Origin: Methanopyrus kandleri AV19
Lineage (GTDB): Archaea > JAADCQ01 > Methanopyri > Methanopyrales > Methanopyraceae
Assembly (NCBI RefSeq): GCF_000007185.1
Contig: NC_003551.1
Location: 690,001-722,000 of the forward strand
Reading direction: 5' to 3'
Length of the DNA stretch: 32,000 nt
The translations under genes and the position numbers were made by a program. The notes under the pieces were generated by a model. The model worked only from the letters and a program-made list of their open reading frames with translations. It had not been told where the DNA came from and did no database searches. Below are positions 10,092-17,529 of this stretch, piece after piece. How positions within the stretch are numbered: the stretch's first letter is position 1; each line of letters begins with the position of its first letter.

Positions 10092-10260
10092 GTTCACTGT
10101 CAAACTAGGTGGTGAGGTGATCGCGGAGGACGTCCTGTACCTGGAAGTGACGGAGGAGGGTGTCGTACTGCGCGACGTGATGGGGGAGGAACAGGTGATC
10201 GAAGGTGCCCAAGTCAAGCGCATCGACATGGACGAGCACGTGGTGGAGCTCGAGCGCTGA
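10084..10260 (+). CDS. Small CooT-like protein, 58 aa (not in the supplied track)
   Basis: Manual translation MCEFTVKLGGEVIAEDVLYLEVTEEGVVLRDVMGEEQVIEGAQVKRIDMDEHVVELER*. MCE... start and overall pattern resemble the CooT nickel-binding family. ATG at 10084 overlaps the upstream TGA. Confidence 0.72.
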   Translation: MCEFTVKLGGEVIAEDVLYLEVTEEGVVLRDVMGEEQVIEGAQVKRIDMDEHVVELER

Positions 10261-10296
10261 CCCCCAGTTCAGGTCCCGACCCCGGGCACCGAGGAT

Positions 10297-10315
10297 CGTT
10301 ATGGACACCATAACG
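10297..10315. repeat. Perfect palindrome CGTTATGG-ACA-CCATAACG in a convergent intergenic region
   Basis: 8-bp arms with a 3-nt centre, between a + strand gene ending at 10260 and a - strand gene ending at 10349. Confidence 0.85.
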
Positions 10316-10348
10316 GTCATGAGTGGGGCTCGGCGCTCATGGGACTCG

Positions 10349-11005
10349 TCACCGTTCGGCCGGCCTGGAAGTCCTCATCGCCCGAGTCAAATCCTTCGCC
10401 GCTTCCACGGGGTCGTGCGCTTCCGTGATCGCCCGACCGACTATCTCGAAATCCGCACCAGCTCGCACCGCGTCACCGGGCGCCGCTCCCTGAGCTCCTA
10501 CACCGGGGCTGGCGATGAGCTTGTCGGTGATCTTCCGGACCTCCCGGACTCTCTCGGGTCTCGTCGCCGGGGCCACGTACCCGACAACACCGTCGATGTC
10601 GTCGCATGCTTTAACGATGTCCCGGCAAGCTCGATCGTAGAACTCCCGCGCCCCCGGGTGACTCATCGTAGCTACCACGAACACCGGTAGCACCTCAGCG
10701 CATTCCTCGACGACGTCCGGACCTACGAACCCGTGAACTATGGCGGCGTTGGCGCCGGCCTCGCTCACACGCTCGACGATCGACCGCGATATCTCCGGAA
10801 TGTCCGCCGTTTTCAAATCCACGAGCAGGAACGATTCTTCTAGCACTTCGGCGACCCGCTCTATCCCCGCCGCCCCTTCGGCCAGCACCACTTCGTACCC
10901 TACTTTGAACCCGTCGACGTATCCGTCAAGTGTTTCCGCGATCTCCACCGCGCGATCCGGTGACACGTCCAGCGCAACGATCAGGCGCGTATCGGGTTCG
11001 AGCAC
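10349..11005 (-). CDS. pyrF: Orotidine-5'-phosphate decarboxylase
   Basis: RLIVALDV, FKVGYE, FLLVDLKTADIPEI (DxKxxDI), GADFEIVGRAI. Confidence 0.95.
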   Translation of the reverse strand: MLEPDTRLIVALDVSPDRAVEIAETLDGYVDGFKVGYEVVLAEGAAGIERVAEVLEESFLLVDLKTADIPEISRSIVERVSEAGANAAIVHGFVGPDVVEECAEVLPVFVVATMSHPGAREFYDRACRDIVKACDDIDGVVGYVAPATRPERVREVRKITDKLIASPGVGAQGAAPGDAVRAGADFEIVGRAITEAHDPVEAAKDLTRAMRTSRPAER

Positions 11006-11478
11006 CTGATCGCCCCCGTCAACAGTTCCGCAGCGTGGTACCCGAGGTCGAAGGTTATGACGGCGAGTGCCGTGATACCGTCCAGGACCCCAAATGCCCA
11101 GCCCACCACGGCTCCGATCTTGAGTACGGGTCGTAATCCCGTGGGTTCGACGGGGTGAATGATCTCGTCGAGGGTCGCTAAGACCGTGATGACCAGCAAG
11201 GTGAGCGGGGTTACCTCGGGGCGCGTGATCAGGACGCCGAGCGCTACGATAGCGGCGGCCGCGAGGTGGGGAATCTCGTCGATCTTACCGGCGACGGCGT
11301 TGCCGAGGATCAGTCCCAGGTATAAGTCCGGCCTTACCCCGGTGGCCACGGAAGCTAGGGCCGCGGCCGCCGCCACGAGCCCGCACGGTAACGCCCACTG
11401 CGGCCGGCTCAACTCATCTACCAAGTCGTCCGCGATCTTCAGCGCGAACCCGGACACCGCCGCCAGCTCAGGCCCCAA
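10981..11478 (-). CDS. Multi-pass membrane protein, unknown function
   Basis: Several hydrophobic segments (WALPCGLVAAAAALASVATG, HLAAAAIVALGVLI, LTLLVITVLATLDEII); overlaps the start of pyrF. Confidence 0.7.
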   Translation of the reverse strand: MGPELAAVSGFALKIADDLVDELSRPQWALPCGLVAAAAALASVATGVRPDLYLGLILGNAVAGKIDEIPHLAAAAIVALGVLITRPEVTPLTLLVITVLATLDEIIHPVEPTGLRPVLKIGAVVGWAFGVLDGITALAVITFDLGYHAAELLTGAIRCSNPIRA

Positions 11479-12372
11479 TCATACGATCCCCAGCCGCTGC
11501 ATGACGCCGGATGCGAGCAGTGGGAAGATTATCAGGTAGTCCCCCACGATGGTGGCCACCTCGGCGTCTTCTCGCACCTTCTCCCACGATTTACCTTCCT
11601 CCAGAGGCGCACCACTGAGGCTTCCCGTTTCGGGCCTATCCATCGTGATCTGAACGGCGTAGTCCAGACCACCTCGAAGCATCGCGGCCCCCATCGCGAA
11701 GTGCTTCGGCACGCTCCCGCCTAAGATGATGGCTCCTAACTCCTCGGCTTCGAAAACGAGGTCCGCGAGATGGTGCATATCGTCCACAAGGTCCAGGTGA
11801 AAGTCGTGATCCTGTGAGTGTATCCACACGTGCAGGCCGACCATCGAGTCCAGTATTCCCGGCGAGTATATCGGCACTCCTTCGTCGGCTGCGGCCCTGA
11901 GGAAGCCGCTCTCGAGCCTCTTCCCCATTTCCCACAGCAGCTCTCGGCAGGATACGCGCCCCGAGAGATCGGAGAGGACTTCCCGCATGAAGTGCTCGAA
12001 CTTCTCGAACGCTTCCGTCGGTATGTGCGTATCATGAACCCGACCGTACCCATCGACGTTGCGCTCTCCCAAGCACACGTGGATACCGCCGAGGGCGTCC
12101 AGGGCGTCGTGAACTACGTTAGCGCCGGACGTGATCACGGCGTCGACGAGGCCTTCACGGATGAGCCGCTCGAAGAGCTCGCCGAGTCCACCCGCTACCG
12201 CAGGGCCGGCTACGGTGAGGAGGACCGTGACGTCGTCCGAAGACCACATCTTCTCCAAGATCCGTGCCGCTCTACCCAATCTTCCGGCGCCTAACGCGCC
12301 GACGCGTTCCATCTCTCGCAGGAACCCGTCGAGGTCCATGTCGCCTCGATACCTGAACGTTTCACGCTTCAC
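11479..12372 (-). CDS. dys: Deoxyhypusine synthase
   Basis: SGANVVHDALDALGG, GSVPKHFAMGAAMLRGGLDYAVQITMD with the catalytic Lys region. Confidence 0.93.
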   Translation of the reverse strand: MKRETFRYRGDMDLDGFLREMERVGALGAGRLGRAARILEKMWSSDDVTVLLTVAGPAVAGGLGELFERLIREGLVDAVITSGANVVHDALDALGGIHVCLGERNVDGYGRVHDTHIPTEAFEKFEHFMREVLSDLSGRVSCRELLWEMGKRLESGFLRAAADEGVPIYSPGILDSMVGLHVWIHSQDHDFHLDLVDDMHHLADLVFEAEELGAIILGGSVPKHFAMGAAMLRGGLDYAVQITMDRPETGSLSGAPLEEGKSWEKVREDAEVATIVGDYLIIFPLLASGVMQRLGIV

Positions 12373-13082
12373 CTTTCAGCCACTCCCTTGAGGTATTCGC
12401 CCACCAAGCGGGCGGCCGTCACCGGCGACACGTGGCTTTCGACCGTGGGACAGAGCTCGACTACATCTAGGTGAGCACGCTTCCGACCGGCCCATCTCAA
12501 GATGTCGGCGCAGAGGCGGTACGGGAGTCCCCCCGGTTCTGGAGTGGTTACACCCGGGACTACGGACGGATCCAGGACGTCGAGGTCTAGCGACACGTAG
12601 TCCACGTCGTCGATTACCTCGGTTATATCTCCGTGATCGACGGAGACCACGTGCTCGTGCTCGCGGAACACGTCGTACTCTTCCCGGGACCAACACCTGA
12701 CGCCTACCAAGAACACCTCGTCGACGATCTCCAGGCAGCCCCGTAGGGCCCCGTCGTGACGTTCGGATCTACGGAGGTCCGGGTGCGCGTCCAGCCAGAG
12801 CAAACGCCGTGGGGTGAGTTCTTGAACGATTTCGGGCGTGATAGAGTGATCGCCGCCGAGCACCACGAATATCTCGGGCTCGCTTTCAGGCTCGAACGTC
12901 CTGAGGTTCCCCTCATCTACCAGGGTCAGGATTTCCAGCGGGTCACCGACCTCCGGGTCGTAAAAGTCCAGGGTGGAAGCCGCCGACCTCACGGCGTTCG
13001 GAGCCTCGGCTTGTCCGGTCGGGTACTCTGGGAGCACACGCTCCCTGGGAAGTCCGACTACGGCTACATCCGGGGATTTCAC
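12369..13082 (-). CDS. speB: Agmatinase/arginase-family ureohydrolase
   Basis: GGDHSITPEI, LWLDAHPDLR, YVSLDLDVLDPSVVPGVTTPEPGG. Track ORF extends to 13193, but the first ~37 residues overlap the eIF5A gene and look non-homologous; GTG at 13082 is preferred. Confidence 0.88.
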   Translation of the reverse strand: MKSPDVAVVGLPRERVLPEYPTGQAEAPNAVRSAASTLDFYDPEVGDPLEILTLVDEGNLRTFEPESEPEIFVVLGGDHSITPEIVQELTPRRLLWLDAHPDLRRSERHDGALRGCLEIVDEVFLVGVRCWSREEYDVFREHEHVVSVDHGDITEVIDDVDYVSLDLDVLDPSVVPGVTTPEPGGLPYRLCADILRWAGRKRAHLDVVELCPTVESHVSPVTAARLVGEYLKGVAER

Positions 13083-13116
13083 GTCGTCGGATGAAAACGA
13101 GAGTGGGAAGCGGGGT

Positions 13117-13521
13117 TCACTCTTCCTCCTTGATTCCCACAATTTTACGCTTGCCCGCTGCCTCCATGTACTCCACCATGGTTCCCGGTTCAAGCTGCGA
13201 GGCGAGTTCCTCGTCCTCCGGCTTCTGAACTTCGAATGTCTCGTAGGTTTCCATATCCATCAGCTGCACCGTATCACCCATATCGGAGACTACCTGGGCT
13301 GTCTTCCGCTCGATCACCGGTACATCCACCTTCGCGTCCACCGGTTTAGTAAGCGTGCGCTTCTTACCGTCGAACAGCCCTACCGCTACGATCCGCGCCT
13401 TCGCCGAACCGTGCTTACCCGGTGAGGACGTGGTGTACTCCACAATCTTACACGGCTCGTCGTCGATCATGATGTACTTGCCCTTCTTAAGCTGCCGCAC
13501 CTCGACTTTCTTCACGGCCAC
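13117..13521 (-). CDS. eif5A: Translation initiation factor aIF5A/eIF5A (hypusinated)
   Basis: [41 protein letters not shown], hypusine loop SPGKHGSAK. Confidence 0.97.
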   Translation of the reverse strand: MAVKKVEVRQLKKGKYIMIDDEPCKIVEYTTSSPGKHGSAKARIVAVGLFDGKKRTLTKPVDAKVDVPVIERKTAQVVSDMGDTVQLMDMETYETFEVQKPEDEELASQLEPGTMVEYMEAAGKRKIVGIKEEE

Positions 13522-13539
13522 GTCCAGAACCCCCTTCCC

Positions 13540-13590
13540 GGAGTGTCACGGCGCGAGCGAGATCCCTCCTAATAAGCTTCGCGAGGGGGA
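13540..13590. promoter_or_regulatory. Short bidirectional promoter region between divergent eIF5A and pdaD
   Basis: Only 74 nt separate the two starts (13521 and 13596), with one AT-rich core CTAATAAGCTT around 13569-13579. Inferred only from position and composition. Confidence 0.3.
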
Positions 13591-13595
13591 TAGGA

Positions 13596-14051
13596 TTGCT
13601 GGGAGTACCTAAGAAGTACGCCCTAGTATCCGGAACCGGCGAGGCAGATACGTCCCTAGCGGCCTTCGACGCCGCGCTGATCGATGCGGGGATAGGTGAC
13701 TGCAACCTCGTGGAGCTGTCCAGCATACTTCCCCCGAACGCTGAGGAGGACGACCTTCCGGAGTTCCCACCCGGGTCCATAGTGCCGGCCGTAGTAGCGA
13801 AGGCCGTGGGACGCGGCCTGGTGTCGAGCTGCATCTGCGTAGGAAGGCTGGAGTCCGGTCTCGGGATCGTTTCGGAACGGGCCGCCACCGATAGCGTAGA
13901 AACGGTTCGGAGGCTCGCTAAAAGGGACGTCGAGGAGATGGCTAGACTCCGCGGTGAGAAGCTCGTGGAAGTGCGCACGGTCACGGCTTCTACCGAGCCC
14001 GAGGACGCGGAATGGGCGGCGGCGGTAGCGGCGGTGGTCTTCTGGGGGTGA
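13596..14051 (+). CDS. pdaD: Pyruvoyl-dependent arginine decarboxylase
   Basis: KKYALVSGTGEADTSLAAFDAAL, NLVELSSILPPNAE (Ser-Ser self-cleavage region). TTG start. Confidence 0.93.
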   Translation: MLGVPKKYALVSGTGEADTSLAAFDAALIDAGIGDCNLVELSSILPPNAEEDDLPEFPPGSIVPAVVAKAVGRGLVSSCICVGRLESGLGIVSERAATDSVETVRRLAKRDVEEMARLRGEKLVEVRTVTASTEPEDAEWAAAVAAVVFWG

Positions 14052-14057
14052 TCTCGA

Positions 14058-15071
14058 GTGAGAGAGACCGTCGAGAAGATCGTCAAGGAGCGGGTTTTAC
14101 CGGAGGTATCCAAGGTACGTCGTGGTTGGGTCGAAGTCGGTAGGGGTGCGGACGGAACTCCGACGATGCGGGTGGACGAGGTAGCGGAGCGGGAGTTCCT
14201 CCGCGGGTTAGAAGAGGAGGGCGTGGACGCGAGGGTAATCAGCGAGGAATCCGGTGAGATGCGTGTGGGTGAGGCCCCCGAGGTAACGCTGGTCTTAGAC
14301 CCGCTCGACGGCTCACACAATGCCAGTCGCGGTCTTCCGTTCTACTGCGTTTCAGTCGGTATCGCCGATCCGGAGGCCGAGACTCTGGATGACGTGGAAG
14401 AGGGTTTGGTGGTTTCGGAACTGCTGACCTTCGGTCCCGGTGACGTCGAAGAGAAGCCGGTGGTGGAACGCCCGCTGGTTTCGGCGTACTACTACGGATC
14501 GGACCGGATGCCGGTTGAGTTCTCCCGGGGTCGTTTCAAGCTCCGTTGCTTGGGGTCAGTGGCCTTGGAACTGGCTTTAGTGGGGAAGGGAGCTCTGGAC
14601 GGGTTCGTAGACGTTCGGGGCAGTCTGCGCCCTACGGACGTAGCGGGGGCATTCGGAGCTGCGCGAGGTGAGCTAGCCTTCATATTCGCGCGGAACGGTC
14701 GGGAGCTGGATCCTTCTGAGATACCACTGCGACCGGACTTCCGCTTCGAACTGGCAACGGCCCGGAGCGAAGATGAGGCTCGGGAGCTCTTCGAGGCCCT
14801 GAAGGAGGACGTGGGTATCCGTGTGGCGCAGCGTCTGTTCGGTAAGCATCCCGAAGGACTCTCGGAACACGCTCTGTGCGGTAAGTTAGGTGAGGAATGC
14901 TGCGAACTGGCTCACGCCGTGGGTAAGGAAGAGGGGTACGGGGAGGAGCTCGCGGACGTGTTCGCTCTCGTCATGAACCTAGCGAACGAGCTCGACGTGG
15001 ACGTTTTGACGGAACTGCGGCGTAAGTTTCGGAGGGTGTTCGGATGTTCCGACCGCAGGTCGTCGGTGTGA
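14058..15071 (+). CDS. Inositol monophosphatase/archaeal FBPase-family phosphatase fused to a C-terminal MazG-like domain
   Basis: ISEESGE, LVLDPLDGSHNASRGLPFYCVSVGIADP; C-terminus GKLGEECCELAHAVGKEEGYGEELADVFALVMNLANELDVD carries EExxE...ExxxD MazG-type motifs (ExxxD = EELAD). Confidence 0.82.
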   Translation: MRETVEKIVKERVLPEVSKVRRGWVEVGRGADGTPTMRVDEVAEREFLRGLEEEGVDARVISEESGEMRVGEAPEVTLVLDPLDGSHNASRGLPFYCVSVGIADPEAETLDDVEEGLVVSELLTFGPGDVEEKPVVERPLVSAYYYGSDRMPVEFSRGRFKLRCLGSVALELALVGKGALDGFVDVRGSLRPTDVAGAFGAARGELAFIFARNGRELDPSEIPLRPDFRFELATARSEDEARELFEALKEDVGIRVAQRLFGKHPEGLSEHALCGKLGEECCELAHAVGKEEGYGEELADVFALVMNLANELDVDVLTELRRKFRRVFGCSDRRSSV

Positions 15072-15874
15072 CCGGCAGAACGGACCTGGGTAGAGCAGTG
15101 CGGGTCGCGGAGAGAGTGTGTCGTCTTTGCGACCGGGAAGGGTTCGAAGTCCTAGTGGACGATTCGCTGGGGATCGGCGAATACCCCCGGGTTAACTTGA
15201 AAGACATGGGCAAAGAGGTCGATATGATCATCACGATCGGCGGTGATGGGACCATACTCCGCGTCTCGAGGATTACGTCAGAGTATGAGGTGCCGATCTT
15301 GGGTGTGAACCTAGGAAAGTTCGGATTCCTAACCGAGGTGAGTGAGAGTGGCCTGAAGGAAGCCGTATCTCGGCTCGCTCGGGGAGATTTCAACCTAGAA
15401 GAACACCGAAAGCTCAGGATAAAGATAGGGGGATCCGACGAAGGAGACGCTCTCAACGAGGTCACCGTGATCACGAGTCGACCTGCTAAAATGATCAGGT
15501 ACCGGCTGTCCATCGACGGGTTCGAGTTGGAGACCACGTGGGCGGACGGTGTACTAGTGGCGACCCCGACGGGTTCCACCGCCTACTCCCTCTCAGCCGG
15601 AGGTCCAATCGTGGAGCCACAGGTGGAGTGTTCCATTATTACTCCTCTGAACCCGTTCAAGCTGGAGGCACGGCCTATGGTGGTTTCCATGGACCGACGC
15701 GTGGAGATCGACGTGGACGACCCTGAGCGTGCCGAGGTCGTCGTCGACGGGCAGGAGTACATGAATCTCGACGGCACGGTGTCCGTTACGCGATCCCCGA
15801 ACGTGGCGCGGTTTATACGGTTCGGGTCGACGTACTTCGAGCGGTTGAAGGAAAAGTTCCTGAGGTGGGATTGA
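15044..15874 (+). CDS. nadK: NAD kinase
   Basis: ITIGGDGTILRVSR (GGDG), NLGKFGFLTE, LVATPTGSTAYSLSAGGP. Confidence 0.95.
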   Translation: MFRPQVVGVTGRTDLGRAVRVAERVCRLCDREGFEVLVDDSLGIGEYPRVNLKDMGKEVDMIITIGGDGTILRVSRITSEYEVPILGVNLGKFGFLTEVSESGLKEAVSRLARGDFNLEEHRKLRIKIGGSDEGDALNEVTVITSRPAKMIRYRLSIDGFELETTWADGVLVATPTGSTAYSLSAGGPIVEPQVECSIITPLNPFKLEARPMVVSMDRRVEIDVDDPERAEVVVDGQEYMNLDGTVSVTRSPNVARFIRFGSTYFERLKEKFLRWD

Positions 15875-16029
15875 TGTCGCTACGCGACACGATCAAGGAA
15901 ATCGGTGAGGCGATCTTCCGGGCGTTTCTAGTGGGACCACTGCCTAGGCTCCTAGCGTGCGTGTGTTTCACCCTCTGGATCCACCTCTACCGCGAGGGTC
16001 GCGAATGGAAGAGATCACATCGAGAGTAG
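15874..16029 (+). CDS. Possible 51-aa single-span membrane protein (not in the supplied track)
   Basis: MSLRDTIKEIGEAIFRAFLVGPLPRLLACVCFTLWIHLYREGREWKRSHRE*. Its ATG overlaps the nadK stop (TGATG), as in coupled genes; it overlaps the 3' end of the opposing histone-fold gene. Confidence 0.45.
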   Translation: MSLRDTIKEIGEAIFRAFLVGPLPRLLACVCFTLWIHLYREGREWKRSHRE

Positions 16030-16243
16030 CTGCCGCTAGCTCGACGTCTTCCGCCTTTACGGTCTTCCTGCCCGCGTGACGGGCCGCGAGAACCGACAAC
16101 TCCGCCAGTGCTAGGCTGAGGGACTCGATCACCCGATAGTACTCCTTCTTGGCACTCATCCTGACGCCGAGGACTCCGTCGGCGGATCGGGCCGACTTCT
16201 TGAGTATCTCTTCCAGAACGTTCGTCGGGAGATCGGGGTCCAA
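15968..16243 (-). CDS. Histone-fold protein, divergent archaeal histone-like, 91 aa
   Basis: C-terminal half AELSVLAARHAGRKTVKAEDVELAA matches the archaeal histone signature; N-terminal half is unusual. Confidence 0.75.
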   Translation of the reverse strand: MDPDLPTNVLEEILKKSARSADGVLGVRMSAKKEYYRVIESLSLALAELSVLAARHAGRKTVKAEDVELAAATLDVISSIRDPRGRGGSRG

Positions 16244-16261
16244 GCTTTCCCCTCCCCTGGG

Positions 16262-16693
16262 GTGCTCGGGGGGACTCAGTTGACCACCTACGTCCTCGAT
16301 ACATCAGCATTAATCAAGGGTGTGCCTCCGGAGCTCCTGGACGGTCCCGCTTACACGGTTCCGGAGGTTATCGAGGAGCTTAAGGATGATCTTTCCCGCG
16401 TGAGGTATGAGGTTGCGTCGGTAAGGGTCAAGGAACCCGAAGACTGGGCGGTTCGCCGCGCGCGCAGGCGCGCTAAGGTCACGGGTGACCTACCTCGGTT
16501 GTCGAAGACGGACCTGAAGGTTCTCGCGCTCGCCATCGAGTTGATGGAAGAGCAGGACGTAGTCCTAGTCAGCTCCGATTACAGCGTCCAGAACGTGGCG
16601 CTTACACTGGGTATTCGGGTGTACGGGCCCGTCCACGGCGAGGTGGACGAGGTAATCGGGCCGGGGGGACGACGTTGGAGACCGTCGGTGTAA
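16262..16693 (+). CDS. Nob1-like PIN-domain endoribonuclease without an obvious zinc ribbon
   Basis: YVLDTSALIKG, VIEELKD, LSKTDLKVLALAIEL, VLVSSDYSVQNVALTLGI. TTG at about 16280 is an alternative start. Confidence 0.8.
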   Translation: MLGGTQLTTYVLDTSALIKGVPPELLDGPAYTVPEVIEELKDDLSRVRYEVASVRVKEPEDWAVRRARRRAKVTGDLPRLSKTDLKVLALAIELMEEQDVVLVSSDYSVQNVALTLGIRVYGPVHGEVDEVIGPGGRRWRPSV

Positions 16694-17529
16694 CGACAGT
16701 CGTGACGGTGTCGGGGTTGACGGGGTCGAAGCGTGTAGCAGCCCGTGTGGATACCGGTGCCGAGAACGACTCGATCGACCTGAAGCTGGCGTCGGAAATA
16801 GGCGCCGGCCCCGTCATCGGGGTGAAGAAGGTCCGCTCCGCTTCCGCTTCGCGGTTACGCTCCGAGCGTCGGCCCGTGGTTCACGTCACTTTGGAGCTGG
16901 CCGGAAGATGTCTACCCTCGGAGGCCACGCTGGCGGATCGCCGGGATATGCGGTACCCGATGATCGTTGGGCGTAAGACGCTACGCCGGGCGGGGGTCAC
17001 GGTCGACCCGTCCCGTGAGGAGGAACCGGAGGGGGACGAAGTCGATCCACGTCGCGTAGTCGGTACCTTAAAGCTTCACAAAAGACTCCTGAGGACCGTC
17101 GGAGAGAAGCGCGCGGTGACCCCTGCCGTCCTGGCACTTCAGCACGGGGGAGCGTGGTCGTACCGCGACGGTGATGTATCGTCGGTGGCCGTTCCTATTC
17201 GGAAATTGTCGAACGGTGTAGTGCGTGAAGATCTCTACCTGCTTCTCAACCCCGAGATCGAGCGCGCCGAGGGTACGTTAACTAGACTCGAGAAGTGTGG
17301 TCGCGAGAGAGTTCGGCGCGTCGCGAAGCGTCCACGGCGGCTTGAAGTACGACATGATGGTGGCGCCATCATCCGCGTCGATCCGGGGCGTAGACGCATC
17401 CGTGTTCGGGAGCTCGACCCGGGAACGCTCCGACTTGAAGGCATTCCCGCCGCCAACCTTCACCACGAGCTCTCTCACCTCATGGGGGACGACCTGGGCC
17501 CCAGCGTGCTGGAGTTCGAGGTCGAGTGA
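16675..17529 (+). CDS. Retropepsin-like (RimK-associated ATP-dependent Zn protease family) domain fused to a peptide deformylase-like domain
   Basis: N-terminal VAARVDTGAENDSI and YPMIVGRKTLRRAG (aspartyl protease-like); C-terminal PAVLALQ, LLLNPEIERAEGTL and EGIPAANLHHELSHLMG resemble the three peptide deformylase motifs. Confidence 0.7.
   Translation: METVGVTTVVTVSGLTGSKRVAARVDTGAENDSIDLKLASEIGAGPVIGVKKVRSASASRLRSERRPVVHVTLELAGRCLPSEATLADRRDMRYPMIVGRKTLRRAGVTVDPSREEEPEGDEVDPRRVVGTLKLHKRLLRTVGEKRAVTPAVLALQHGGAWSYRDGDVSSVAVPIRKLSNGVVREDLYLLLNPEIERAEGTLTRLEKCGRERVRRVAKRPRRLEVRHDGGAIIRVDPGRRRIRVRELDPGTLRLEGIPAANLHHELSHLMGDDLGPSVLEFEVE

Noticed and set aside
13083-13193. Extended N-terminus of the agmatinase ORF
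   Set aside because: The first ~37 residues overlap the eIF5A 3' end and do not look like ureohydrolase sequence; a GTG at 13082 is more plausible.
13487-14320. 277-aa minus-strand ORF opposite pdaD and the phosphatase
   Set aside because: Low-complexity Ser/Thr/Arg/Pro-rich antisense translation typical of high-GC shadow ORFs; the opposing frame encodes recognisable families.
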